Source of the DNA: Basidiobolus ranarum
Taxonomy: Eukaryota
Assembly: GCA_040143965.1 (NCBI GenBank)
Contig: JASJQH010006911.1
Span: forward strand, 1-41,892
Length of the DNA stretch: 41,892 nt
Reading direction: 5' to 3'
Shown here: one piece after another, positions 19,748 to 34,875 of the stretch
Layout of the letters: the number at the start of each line of letters is the position of its first letter
How positions within the stretch are numbered: the first letter of the stretch is position 1
The notes under the pieces: generated by a model
Seen by the model: only the letters and a program-made list of their open reading frames with translations
Told to the model about the DNA's origin: nothing
Database searches by the model: none
Translations under genes and position numbers: made by a program

Positions 19748-21098
19748 ATGTCATTTTTGCTAAGACCTAGAGCATTCAGTAGATCTCATAAAGTTGGTCC
19801 CTCAAATAGGTACAATTCTTTTTGGCTACCTATACTTGAAATTTATCTGCACACATAATCATCTTCGTTGCATTCACTCTTACCTAATCCTCTTGACCTA
19901 AATCTTTTATAAAAATAGTAATTCTTTTGTGAGGGGTGCTTTTATCGGTCAAACGTTTGTATTCTCTTCGAAGCCGATTAGCAAGGATCAACTAGATAAA
20001 GAGGAATTGAACTACTCCACCAAAAAAGTCAACGAAATTCAAGCACAATTCGGAAGTTTTGATCTTGTAAATATAACCTTGTTTTCATATTCGATTAGTT
20101 GGTCAATTCTTTTTGTTTTTGCCCAAATTATTCGATCTTTTTATATATATACCACTCATTCAATTCAGCTTTACTAATGAGCTTGTGGTATATTTTTATG
20201 GTTGGATAGGAAAAGGGAAACCAATCTAGATTCTTTATTATGGAGGGAGTATTGAAAGAACTAAATGGTAATTTGAAACGGGATTTTAAGCTTTTCTTGT
20301 TCAACGATCTTTTGGTATGCCATGCATCCGCCAAGCTTAACCAACAGTACTTTCGCAACAAGCATGTTAGTGCAGTGGCAATTCCTGATGACGGAGGTAA
20401 CTATGCATTTTCTTGTTTGAATGTCACAGCTGTCATTAACCTTATAATACTTAGACTTATTTAACGCATTTCAATTGATTTGTGATAAAAATGTATTTAT
20501 TCTTATGACCAATACCGATAAAGAGCGCGACTTGTGGGTGGAAAATATCAAATTTTATTCTGGTGAACTGGAGCGTAAAGGTAATGATATTTCTTAGTTA
20601 TTTTATGTACTACATACGAAACTAAATCTTATCTTGGGTTTATTAGGTTGGCAAATTATCCATTGGGACGTCCCAAAGGATGATAATGGTCAGGCTTTAG
20701 AATGTATGATATGCCAAAAAACCCGATTTTCATTGTCTCATCCAAGAAGAACGTGTAGAAAATGCACGGCTCAAATTTGCGGAAATTGCTCCAAATATAA
20801 AATTCTTGTTTCGAGTTTATCGCTAACGCAGCCGATGCGAGTGTGCAGCTCATGCTATTCTGCACATGTCGAAGGGTTTATCAATCCAAAAGGTAGTGTG
20901 ATTGAATTTTCATATTGTTGACATTTTACTTGTTCTAATATCTCATCATTAGCCGACAATATTTCACTACTACCTTCATTCCTAAGTAGTGAAGGCAAAT
21001 ATTCCGATTCCGACTCTGATCCTGAGATTGCTGGTAGCTCTTTTCCATGCGAACCATTCACAAAATATCATCGTTCTAGACGTGTGCATGGAGTTTGA
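19748..21098 (+). CDS. PH + FYVE domain protein (Phafin/PLEKHF-like), 6 exons
   Basis: PH domain: RFFIMEGVLKE...FLFNDLLV...IPDDGDLFNAFQL...DKERDLWVENI. FYVE with 8 Cys: CMIC...CRKCTAQICGNCS...MRVCSSC. Short acidic tail SDSDSDPE; TGA at 21096-21098. Confidence 0.82.
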
Positions 21099-21864
21099 GA
21101 GGTTACTTCACGCTTGGATAGCTTTTAATGCCAATAGATACTGCTGCTTCATCCTAATGAAGGGTAGCGGCAAGAGGATCACCAGGATCCTAAATGATGA
21201 TATCGTGACTATCTTATGTAAATAAATCCATTTTATGAGTATTTGTCTTCATTAAGCGGTATAGGCCATTTTCTGTTCTCAGATATGTGAACAGCAGTTT
21301 AGAGTGTGCTATGTGATATCTTTCGTTGGTCAGGTAATCTTGTGAATATAATCCTAGGTGTGTGCAAAGTTTATTAAAAATAATCCAAGTATACCTGATA
21401 GAGGTTTTCATTCATCATTACACAAAGTGTAAAACTAGAGCTAGTGATCGCTACAGTGGTGGAAGTACAAATGCAATTTGAGCTACGCGGTACATCCACG
21501 AAGCCAGTCACGCCTATAATGAGTCTTTCGCCTATAACTGGTCATTTTTTGTACCAACCCGAATTCGATAATGGCATTGTTGATATGGTTTAACCTTCTT
21601 CATCGATGTGCACTTTCAGCACGAGGTTGGATGTGATTCTCTTGCAACCTCCATAGACAAAGTAAGCCATTGCAGATTGAAAAAGAGATATTTATTTGCT
21701 GGTGTATACTCCAAAGAATACGAATAAACTGCATTTGTAAGTCATCATTGAGGCATTTTCTTTTCAAGAAGAAATAGTTAGTAGGAATGGAAGATGGCCA
21801 TTCTTAATACGAATAGTATATTATGGCGATGAAAGTGTATAGAATGAGCCCATTATTGTGGTCA

Positions 21865-23212
21865 TTAAGCACCACGTTGTGTCTTCGCATCAGTTAAAGG
21901 AACATACTAATATAAATGATGTTAATAAGTAGAATATCAGTTTTGAAATGGAAAACTGAGCCTGACCATAACTCCCATCAGTTCTTCTTCTTTGATTTCT
22001 CCATTTTCATCTTTATCTATTTGATAAATGGATTGTGAATGTAGTTCAGTGCCCACCGGTATAAACATACTACAGATAATCAATTGTAAACAACGAGTCA
22101 TTTGCTACTCATTAGTTTTGATGATCACTCACCGACCCGGACTCTTTAACTGGTTGATGAGCTTAAGGCATACCATGGGAACATGTTAACACAGTGCTAT
22201 TGATAATAAATTACAAGTCAAAAATATCTCTCTTACCGCTGTTGGGGTTTTCACTGCTGCAGCACCAACATGGCTAACCATTATGTGTGATTACTTCAAA
22301 CGGTTATACTAAAGTATTTATATAACTCATACTTACATACAATCGTATGGGCCATTATCGGGGTAGCCTTCACGTCCGTCTCCAGTAACAAAAACAACCT
22401 GGCCTGACTCAAGAAATTCGGGATGGTCAGCTTTTACATTTTTTGTTGACAACTCTACTAGTTCCGGTATGTGTTCGATTCCGACCACTTGTCCATTTTT
22501 CTCAACCTATGATGATAATACTTGGTATGAACTACTTGATTTTTGCATGTGGAGAGTTGTTGTTGATAATGATTACCATTGCAGCCATACAGCTGGTCAA
22601 ATACCCCGATCCACTACCGACATCAAGAGCTTTTACCGTCAACATAAGATTTACGAAGTTAATTTTTAAACATTCAAATTTCATAAATATACTATCAAAG
22701 CGACAGACCTTTCATTCCCGGTTTCAAGAACCCCCTAAGGTATTCTAAGGCGTAAGCGTGCATATGACTAGCAATAGAATAGGTTACTCGCTAGGATATT
22801 AATACATGGTGATGGTATTACTCACGGCGCAGAGATAGTAGCTCCATAGCCTATTGTCTGAGGTGAATCTTGATATGGTTGAAGTGGAGCGTAATGCTTG
22901 CGATCTACAGAGGACATAGCGCGATATACTTCCGTCGATTGTATAATACCGGAGGCTGCAGAAACAGAATTGAAAGTTTAATCTAACTTCATATTACCAA
23001 AAAAACGTTTTATCAACAATGGTCCAACCTTTGAGATTGTTAATCAGTCCAATATTATTGCTTGCTACCCATTTCGAATTTAAAAAAAATAAGAAAATTA
23101 AAGCTTTATATTAGTGGTTTACTTTTACAAGGTTGTTTATGGATTTATGATAAGCAACAAAATAGATTTGAAATTTATTGTAACAAAAAATACCGGAACA
23201 CCTCCAGGCCAT
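21865..23212 (-). CDS. PCMT1: Protein-L-isoaspartate (D-aspartate) O-methyltransferase, multi-exon
   Basis: Missed by the ORF track. Spliced: MAWRCSG...VDRKHY...[28 protein letters not shown]...[11 protein letters not shown]...[10 protein letters not shown]...[22 protein letters not shown]...QLKSPGRMFIPVG...MGVMYVPLTD. Confidence 0.95.
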
Positions 23213-23888
23213 TGTTAGTAAGGTCAATACGAAAAGTTTTCACTTGGTTCTGTTGAGTTGAAAATGTGGCTTTGAATATAAGAAAGATATTTTGACAAGT
23301 GTAACTAAATATATTAAAAACTAATCCCAAGTATTTGCTATATGACTATGCGATCGTTTTATTAGGGTATTAAGTGAATGCTAACCAATTGTGATAAAGT
23401 GAGATTAAATCAAACAAATCTTATGTATCCTGGAAATATGAGTATGCATAGTCGAATGGCAGTCACCATTATCGCATTACAGTCTGATGGAGTTTTTAAT
23501 ATCTCATTGTAAGTCAATGCTAGTAAATGAATAATTTATTCGCAGGAACAGGTGCTTCATAGTCTGGAATTCATTAGGATACGTTGGAACACTTTGGGTT
23601 AGGGTAAGATATTCCTTATTAGCTGCATCATTGGTAGATTTCGTTACGTTCTGTAGCCTATTTTATCATCATGTAAATCTGGTAAAACACGTGCTTGTTT
23701 ATCCGAGGTCCATCATATAGAAATAACTAGAGATAAATATGGATATTTACTCGCCTTAAATATACCCAATTTGATGTTTCAATGTCAACTGGATGAAATC
23801 GGAATGATGCGTTGATGTCGATCGCTTCAAGACTTCGTTTGCTTGTATATAAGTGCCAATATGTCTTCATAGTCCTTGTGACCTCAAT

Positions 23889-26510
23889 ATGTCTCTATTG
23901 TTTAGCATTCGAAATCCTTTATCTCGGTCAAATTTGTCCATTTTGAGCTCTAAAGTGCAGTACCGTTCTTTAAAGGTTTAGTTTAGTTTAGTTAACAAAC
24001 GTACCTATATTTATGGTAAATTTGAAGAAGCATATTGTCTTATATTTGTCTTTTATAGTCTGTTCATTCCCGTCTTTTTTCTGGTACAGCTGTAGCTTCG
24101 AACAGTAAGTGTTCAGTTTCGGATTTATTTCAAACTGCTATACTACTCTCACAATACCCTCATGGTAACTCATTCCTCGTTTAGAGCTTCCCAACTTGAC
24201 GCTATTTCGCGAAGCAATTGCTAGCGCTAAAAAACTCGGTGCGAAGCCTGCTATAGTAGATATCAATGGGCAATATTCCTATGGTCAACTATTAAATGAC
24301 GTAGTCAAACTCAAATCACAGCTCACGGATTCGTAAGTAGCAATTTCTATAAAGTATTTCTTTTAGTTTGAAGACATATCTTAACTGGTAAGTCAGTGAT
24401 TTAAAAGAAGAAAGAGTTGCCTATCTTTGCCCAAATGGATATAATTACGTCGTAACCCAGTGGTCGATTTGGGCTTCTGGAGGTGTTGCTGTGCCATTGT
24501 GTAAGCGAAATAAAAATATTCATCCAAAATCACCCACCTACTGAATCATGATTTTCTTACTAGGCGCTAGTCATCCGCCGGCAGAACTAGAATACACAAT
24601 TTCGGATTCGGAAGCTAGTATCGTCGTTGCTAGTCCGGAATATGCAGATACAGTAAAGCCATTAGCTGACAAGCTGGGTAAACGATTCATCAGTTTTGAC
24701 GGGTTTAAAAATTCCGAGCCTATTGACATCAAAGTACCAGCTATTTCTAAAGTTCAACTACTGATGTATGAATTGACACATCATTCACCTCCATCTTTAG
24801 GACAGTGATATATTCGACATGGACGAATCAAGGCGTGCTATGATTATGTATACAAGTGGAACAACTGGTTGTTAAATATTATAAGCACTTGGCAGTTATT
24901 CATATAGTATCTGTTATTAATCCTGATCCGATCGAATCTAGGAAAGCCAAAGGGTGTGGTAAGCACTCACAACAATATCAAAGCCCAAGTAACTGCCCTT
25001 ACCAAGGCGTGGAATTGGACCTCCGACGATAAACTTCTACACGTACTGCCGCTTCATCATACACATGTAATTCGCATAGTTTTCTTCTATATGTGAACCA
25101 TTGACTCATTCTTTTAATGATGAATTTAGGGAGTCATTGTTGTAAGTACAGCTAGTACACGTATCTAATGCTAACCAAAGTACACATCTAATGTGATTTC
25201 CTTCAGGCGCTGACATGTGGATTATGGTCTGGAGCCACTGTCGAGATGATGAAAAAATTCAACGCGGATAGCGTGTGGAATAGGTTCATGGCCAAAGAGC
25301 GAGATTTGAGCTTGTTTATGGCAGTTCCTACTATCTACGGTAAGCATTTCTTCCGATTAGAAGCCATTGTTACTAGCGCGATTTGTAACTGATCATCACT
25401 GTCTATAGCTAAACTGCGCGACTCTTATCACGAGTTCTCACCCGAAAAGCAAAAAGAGGCTACCGAATCCTGCAAACAGTTTAGACTAATGGTGTCTGGT
25501 TCTGCAGCGTTACCAACCAAGCTTTTAAAAGAATGGGAGAAAATTAGCAACGTAAAACTCTTGGAACGTTATGGAATGACCGAAATCGGTATGGCATTAA
25601 GCAACCCAATTGGTGACCCAGCGTTACGTAGAGAGGTATGTATATAAATCCTAGGGTTACACTCACTTGATTTTGAACACTTAATATGAACTCTACTAGG
25701 GTTGCGTCGGGTTTCCCCTTCCTGGTGTAGAAGTTAGATTAAAGGCGGATGATGGGCAGATTGTAACCGAAGAACAAGAAGTTCCTGGTGAAATCCAAGT
25801 CCGTGGGGAGAACGTCTTTGAAGAGTAGGTGATTTGTTATTACTCTGCGTATAGAGCAATCCATGTTTAAGGTCCAATCAATATGATAGATACTACAACC
25901 GTCCAGAGGCTACCAAAGAAACATTTGATGAAGGAAGATGGTTCGATTTTCTTGATATAACGTATTGTCCTTGGAGTATTTTAATTGAATACCCATCTAC
26001 AGGTTTAAAACTGGGGATATTGGGTGTATAAACTCTGAGGGATACTACAGAATTCTGGGTCGTGCTAGTACCGACATAATCAAAGTAAGTAATCAGTGAT
26101 ACAAAGTCGTCAAAACTAGTTCTTAATGTGGTTTCTTTAGTCCGGTGGATATAAGATCTCGGCATTAGAAATTGAACGAGAGATTCTAGATTACCCTGGT
26201 ATACTAGACTGTGCAGTAGTTGGGCCAGAGGATGAAGAATGGGGTCAAAGGGTTGCTGCCGTAGTTCTTGTCAAAAATAACCAGGTATTTTCTTAGATGG
26301 TTTTGAAGCTGGTCGTAGTACTTATTCCCGATATATTTGCAGGATATTGAACTTCAAGATTTGAAGAACTGGGCCTCTTCGCGCCTAGCCAAATACAAGA
26401 TCCCATCTCTATTACATGTCTACAAAGGCGATTCGTTGCCTCGCAACGTTATGGGTAAAGTGAACAAAAAGCAATTAGTAAAGATATTTGACAAAGTCAA
26501 AGAGAATTAA
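23889..26510 (+). CDS. ACSF3: Mitochondrial malonyl-CoA synthetase-type acyl-CoA ligase (ACSF3/MatB family), many introns
   Basis: AMP-binding [51 protein letters not shown] (MatB/ACSF3 signature), [34 protein letters not shown]. Basic Ser/Leu-rich N-terminal leader. Confidence 0.9.
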
Positions 26511-26788
26511 AGTTGTATGAATAAATACGCTTTTATGTGTTTAACGCTACAAACAAACTTCGAAGTGTCTATTAGTTGAAATATCTACGTAGTTGAAACA
26601 CTTTTGTTCAATAAATACCCCATTTAGTGACAAGTAAGCCTCCACTATGCATACACTCATATGTAGCATTACTATACACTATGAATTCGAGTGCATTGAA
26701 AATCCAGAGAATCTATTATATTACTGGATTTAGCAACAATCCTAAGTCACCTTCAGCTTATTTGTATTAATTGGTGGATTCACTCCAG

Positions 26789-26858
26789 GTGAGACCTTGA
26801 ATAAAACTCGTCATTTTAACTTGATTGCTTAACATTAACTTTGGTTGCACTTCTGTAG
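26789..26858 (+). other. Probable 5' UTR intron of the MAPK gene
   Basis: CAG|GTGAGA donor, CTTAAC branch-like site and CTGTAG acceptor; 70 nt, ending 41 nt before the ATG at 26900. Confidence 0.5.
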
Positions 26859-26899
26859 AGCTTCCAAGTAAAGAAAGCTTGCAAAGATCACACTTAGTT

Positions 26900-28722
<1,823 letters not shown>

Positions 28723-29319
28723 GAGAAACTTTTGCACCCAAATAGACGGATGCTGAGCACTTCATTTGATGGAAACTTCCTATTCGTACCGGTACCACTT
28801 CGATCCTTCTTATTTAAAGACTCTCGCTCATTCAAATGAATCGGTGGATTTTTTATGTTGTATCAAATTCAGCATTCCTAATATTTTTAATCCTATGTTC
28901 AACTTCTATTCATCCCTTACTCGATTTCTTTGTAACTGTGGAAACTTCTCATACTTGAATATGAATTACTTTTCATCTCAATTCAAGGCACTCACTCGAT
29001 TTCATTCATCTATCATTTAATCGTTCGTTCTGACCATGAACACGCGTAAATTTTGCAGTACTGTAGCATTTGATTTCATCTCATTCGGAGATAAAAGGGG
29101 ACAAAATGAATTCATACTTAGGAAATGTAACGGGACGAGATAAGATGATTGCGAAAATTTCCATCTTATAATGTCATATTTTTGAATGTATATATAGTTT
29201 TTAGCTTTCAAAAAGCGAATACATATGTAATTGAATAGATAAATGTAGGTATAGGATGTCGAAAGATGTGGAAGATTGCGGAAGGGGAAGGGGAAGGGAG
29301 GTGAATGAATCAACCAAAG

Positions 29320-31680
29320 TTAGGCTTTGTTATCCTGAATCTTCTTGTATAATTGAGCTGCTTGTTCCGGGGTTTTGACACGTACCAAATATTTTTGTGG
29401 CTTGTTACCTTCTCCTACAGCGATGATGGAAACATCTTTTTTGTTTTGAACGTAATCGATCTTCATTTCTGGGAATACGGCTACGTTTAGTGTTACTTTA
29501 CCGGAACCTTCGGTACGTACGAGGAATCTCTTCTTTTGATTGTTAGTATTTTCGTTCATCTTGAAAATTCCAATCCCCAAATCTGCGTAACTCTTTTTCT
29601 CTTTGTTCCAGCAGTAAAGTTTACAACGAACTTCATGTATTGTTGTCTCCTCTTCTTCACCAGCCCCGGTTTTAACTAACTCAGGATTGCTAGTCTCTTC
29701 TTCTTTTTCTTCCTCCTCATCATCTTCTTTGTCTTCGTCTTGATGGCTTTGTTCCTTATTATCGGCAACCTTCTTTGCCTGTGGCGAGGCTGATGTTCCA
29801 AAAGTAAAACCTGCTCCGAAAGGAGTCGAAGAGGAAGGACTAAGAGGACTGGATGCAGATGCAACTGTGGAAGAAGCCAAACCACTTCCAAAAGAGATGG
29901 AGGTCTTCTTATGTTCAGTGGAGGTTGGGGTAGTCTTAGATTCCTCTGATACCTTAGAATCGCTTGGGGTCTTGCTGACACCAAAGGAGAATCCAGTGGA
30001 GGGTTTTTCGGGAGTAGTAGATGTTGCAGAGATACCGAATGAGAAGGGTGAGGTAGAACTATTGGTAGTGCTGCTACCAAAACTAAATGAAGATTTGGGT
30101 TTATCTTCAGATTTGTTAGCATCGGATGAAGCACCGAACGTGGATGAAGATTTAGGTTTCTCCTCTACTTTTGTCTCGCTGACTGAACTTCCAAAACCAA
30201 AGGATACATTGGGTTTCTCCTCAGACTGAGAATCTTTGGAAGAACCAAAAGTAAATGGAGATTCAGTTGTAACATCTGACTTAGCCGTGGCTGGAGAGGC
30301 ACCAAAAGTAAATCCTGACTTGGCCACTTCATTTGACTTGGTACTCACAGCACCAAAACCAAAAGTAGGTTTGGGCTGACTCTCATCTGTGCTGGAGCTA
30401 GCTCCGAAGCTAAATGTGGAGTTGGCCTTGTCATCGGCTTTAGTTTCATCAGATTTGGCAGGTGCTCCAAAGGTAAATGGAGAGGTGGTAGCCTTGGGGA
30501 GATCCGAAGATTTGGTGACAACAGCGGACTTTTTCTTAATACTAGCACTATGGGTTTTATATTCATCAAAAGCCAATGAAAAGTCGACAAAAGGGTTGAT
30601 CTCTAGTTGCTTTTTGACATGTTCCACAAATGATACGTTAAGTCCTCTTAATTGTTTATAATGTTCTTTTTTGTCTTCGGAATCGGTCGATTTAGAATCT
30701 ACGTTATTGATTGAATCGGATTTAGCCGCAGGAGGAGCACCGAATGTAAATCCAGTTGATGGGATTTTAGTGTCGTTACTCTGGGTCATACTAACACTCT
30801 TTTCTACACTTTCTTTGGCGGGACTTGCGGGTTTTCCAAATGTGAAAGGTGACTCGGACTCTTTTTTATTACCACCAAAAGTGGGAACTTGTCCACCGAA
30901 TGTAAACCCAGTAGAAGTGATAGGCTTAGCATCGGTATTATTGGAAGCACCAAAAGTGAAGGCTGATTTGCTGGAAGTTTCCTGAGTCTCAGAAGCTTCT
31001 GTGTCCTTGCTCTTGAGATCAGTGCCAAAAGTAACTGGCTGATTTCCAAATCCAAAAGAGGTGGATAATTTATTATCTTCATTGCTAGGGGTGGCTGATG
31101 GAGCACCAAATGTAAAACCAGCAAAAGGTGCAGGTTTAGGTTTTTCTTCAGTAGTTTCGGTGGGGGGAGCAGATACGGGTGTACCTCCAAAAGTAAAGCT
31201 GCTGAATGGGGAGGGCGCGGAAGGTGTTGAAGCACCTGAACCTGCCTTGGTAATTGAATAAAAAAAAATGTTCAGATTAAGTTTTGAATTATTCCTTAAA
31301 GTAAGGTTTGATAGTGGGCATGAGAGAAACAAAGGGAGTAGGTAATAAAGTGAAAACGCGTAAATTTGAGGCATACCTTTGCTCTTCTAGAAACAGGCTT
31401 TTTTATCCTGAAAAGACACCATAAGATCTATCAGTAAACTTGGTGCAATAAATTAAACTAACTACAAAAATCAAAACTCTACGTACTTTCGTGCAGCGAG
31501 TTTCTCTTCTGAAGCTTGGCGGAAGCCAGACATCTGATCAGCATTCTAAGGACACGTTTTACGAGTAAGTCCAGAATCAAAGTATTATCATTAGAATCAG
31601 TATTGGAATGCATCACTTACTTCATCCTCTTCGTGCTGATTGAGTTGTGTTAGTTGTTTCTCAGCGCCTCTTTTAGACAT
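29320..31680 (-). CDS. NUP2: Nucleoporin Nup2/Nup50 (importin-alpha-binding N-terminus, FG repeats, Ran-binding domain), 4 exons
   Basis: N-terminus MSKRGAEKQLTQLN...FRQASEEKLAARKIKKP; central LRGLNVSFVEHVKKQLEINPFVDF; many FxFG repeats; RanBD GEEEETTIHEVRCKLY...GIGIFK...RTEGSGKVTLN. Confidence 0.93.
29795..31200 (-). repeat. FTFG/FSFG/FGFG coding repeats of Nup2
   Basis: About 20 FxFG units with Ser/Thr/Lys/Glu spacers, visible on the + strand as recurring CCAAAAGTAAA-like words. Confidence 0.9.
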
Positions 31681-32447
31681 TACAAGATACAAAATAAGTA
31701 AGGATAGGTGAATGTGTGTCAATCGTTTCTTGCCTTCTCTCTGCGATAATACCAGCAACAGGTTGACTCTTGTATCATCGTGAATTGATATGAAAAATGG
31801 CTAATATATGATTGGCTGATCGATTAGTGAAATGCTCTATCCATCAAACAAAAAAAAATAGCTTCGAAAATTTGATCAACAACCAGCGGACATCCTTAGG
31901 CTTGTTTACCCTCTTAAGCGTGCGTGATCCATGTAGACGGTCTAAACAAAAACACTGGATTTTTACTCGAGTATTGTGGGTTTATTCTGGCCCTACATTA
32001 AACTAATTTCGTAATGCGCTCTAGGGGCTGGATCCGCATCACATCCTCATTTTGATCACCATATATGCTCGATTTACCATCATTATCAGCACCGTTAAGC
32101 TTGTGATTCCTTTCCAACCATCAAGCGATCCTCAAACTGGTGATTCTATTCAAATATTCAACAACGGCGGTTGAAGCCCATTCTAGAGATTCATACGTTA
32201 TTAGCAGATAAAGAATACCAATAAATAGTAGACAATATAAATTGCATTGAATGTATTCAGTTTGATCATGGCTTCAATGTAGTTTATTATTGATTTTCAA
32301 TTTTTCCTTAGATTCTTTCCCCCTTTTTTTTAGGGTGAGGAGTGAGTTCCATAGCTCGAGTTAAGCATCCTTTAGCAAGTGTGCCAATTCTCGTGCACTA
32401 CTAAGAGGAATAATATACTCTTGGTAAACCATTGAAAGCGCGTTATT

Positions 32448-34467
32448 ATGTCTTCTGGTAATCCTACAGATCAATCTAATCCCCCGAAACCAAACTTAGC
32501 TCCAACTATAAATACACAGGCTGGTACCACCCCGTCTCAATATACTCAATCTACTATACGTACACAGCCAACTCTCAATACCACTATGTCTCAACAACCT
32601 TCACAACAAAATAACCCTCTAGCTAGGGCAAATCCTCAACAAATCGCCCCGCAAAACCTTAATACTTCCTCACTCGGTCAAAGTGGTAGTTCTACCGCTT
32701 CACCACTTCAACAACAACAAAAACTATCTATGAGTCCTCAATTATCAAGCTTAGCTCAGCAGGTTTTAGCACAAAATGCCAAAGGTTTACAAAGTGCTAC
32801 ACCTATTCAACCTCGTACTCTTCAACAACACCCAACTTTATCACAAAAGTTGGCTTCACAACTAGGTCAATCAACCAACCAATATTTAACACATCAAGCC
32901 CTCGCTGCTGCTCAGAATAAAAATAAACGCGGTCCAAAGCCTAAACCTAAAGTACCCGTAAGCTTGCCTGCACGCAATTTATCTGCACTTAACGGTCAAC
33001 CTGCACAATTACTTCAAGCCACTGGGACCAACCAGGGTGCCACTACCACCACAGTAAGACCAAACGCCATCAACAATGCTAGAGCAGTACCAGCCACTGG
33101 TGTCACTTCTAATAGAACAGCACTATCACCCCTTTTACGTTCGGTTTCTAACCCAGCCACTCAGCAACATCAGGCAACCCGTCAAGCACAAAGCATCGTA
33201 GAAAGATTACGTCAAAATATTTTGATCATTAGACAAACGTTACAGAGAACCGACTTGACTCCAGAAGAAAGAGAAAAGTTTGAAAAAGACCAGGCAAATA
33301 ATACCAGATACATTACGTTGTTCGAGAGTCTATCGCCTAGGACCACCGCAGCAACCATGAACGCTGAAGGTAAAGTCATTCCATTGTTTATTTAGGAAGA
33401 ATTCTGGCTCAGAGAGCATAGCTAATATGGCGAAAAGACCCAAGTTTCGAAAGGACTATGATCATTGGTTTTTGCATGAGATGATTGCTGAAATGAATTT
33501 TATTTGATAACTGATGTCACTGTGAAGTTAAAATCAATGTCAATCAACTGACTGACACGAGTTTTGTTTCTTATATAGCTGGTACTAGTGCCCCCAACAC
33601 TAATGGAGCATCCGGAGCCGCTCAGACAATCAAACCAGCTACACCAGTGGCACAGCATCGAATCTCTTCACCATCGCCACAACTAGCTGCCGCTTTAAAG
33701 CCAAGTACCAGCGTACCAGTTGCACCCGGAACTCCAGTGGTCAATAATATCAGTGCACCAGCGCAAACCATTCCCCTAAACACCATGGCTAAGGCAGCTA
33801 CACCAATTTCAAAGCCTATAGCGCCAACAGCTACTCCCACGCAATATTCCAATGGCCTGAGTTTACCAGGCACACCGACATCGCTTCGACCCACGCCTTT
33901 AGATATTGAAAACAACGGACAATTGTTAACAAAACGGAAAATCCAAGAGTTGGTGGGACAAATTGACCCGAATGAAAGATTGGAATCGGAAGTCGAGGAT
34001 GTAGGTATTAGGTCTGTGAATTCTCAGAGAATATGGTCACTTATACAGATTCGCTGATTCAATAGATACTCTTGGAAGTAGCGGACGAGTTTATCGAATC
34101 AGTCACGAATTTCGCATGTCGTTTAGCTAAGCATCGAAAATCCAACACGTTAGAAGTAAAAGATCTTCAGCTTCATCTTGGTTAGTAACATTATGCATGG
34201 TCATTACACGACTTGGGTCAAGCTAATTCCTTCTTGCTTATGTCTTCAGAACGGAATTGGAATATTCGTATACCAGGATTCGCTAGTGACGATATTCGAT
34301 CGCTTAGAAAACCCAATATTCCCGCTTCACATCAACAAAAAACCAATGCCATTAACACTGCTAAAGCGCAAGCAGCTCTCGGCATTATTCCCACTACACA
34401 AAATACCAACACTAGCGTGAATGCCGCCCCAACACCAAGCGCAACAAGTGTCCTCAAAAAGGAATAA
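32448..34467 (+). CDS. TAF12: TFIID/SAGA subunit TAF12 with long Q/T/P-rich N-terminus, 4 exons
   Basis: Histone fold [75 protein letters not shown]. Confidence 0.95.
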
Positions 34468-34875
34468 GCATTGGTTCTTGTTGTGTGAGTATGTACTAAA
34501 GATGGCATCCCGAACACTTTGCAATTCAAAGCCAAAGATTAGTTACTCAGAAGAATGTGAAGGCGATTGGTTGTTTATATGTTGACAAAGCACTTATTTC
34601 GCTCTAACCAGAGTTGTTCTTACTACGTTGAGACTCATATTTAGTGCGATCTTGATTCGATTTCTTTCACTTCACTTCTCCCCTCCCCTCTTCCCTCCTC
34701 AATAAAAGTGAATCCATGAAAAGACATCCGTACCAACCATGTTCGCATTTATTTGTCGATGTAAGCATACCAAGTAATACAAGACTAGCTGCCGATTCAA
34801 TACATATTCATTCACATGCTAGCAGTGGATACTTGAATATAACAAAGATAAAGAATCTCTCGTTCGTTTGTTCAA

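Noticed and set aside
21100-21860. Intergenic region with a ~50-codon open stretch, a duplicated CGCCTATAA and a 7-bp GAGGTTG/CAACCTC hairpin
   Set aside because: No recognisable protein or RNA family and no consistent splice model. It is not a convincing SECIS, and the neighbouring genes have no in-frame TGA.
23594-23608. GGGTTAGGG telomere-like word in the PCMT/ACSF3 promoter
   Set aside because: About 1.5 repeat units, which is expected by chance.
25154-25195. Short imperfect direct repeat (AGTACAC..ATCTAATG twice) in an ACSF3 intron
   Set aside because: Only two copies; a local slippage duplication with no sign of a mobile element or array.
29676-31261. Multiple long antisense and alternate-frame ORFs over NUP2
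   Set aside because: Shadow ORFs caused by low-complexity FG-repeat codon usage.
33370-33578. Unusually long (209-nt) TAF12 intron with ATGATCA...CTGA words suggesting a C/D snoRNA
   Set aside because: The C box is imperfect, the terminal stem is only 3 bp, and I could not identify an rRNA-complementary guide. It would need snoscan or Infernal.
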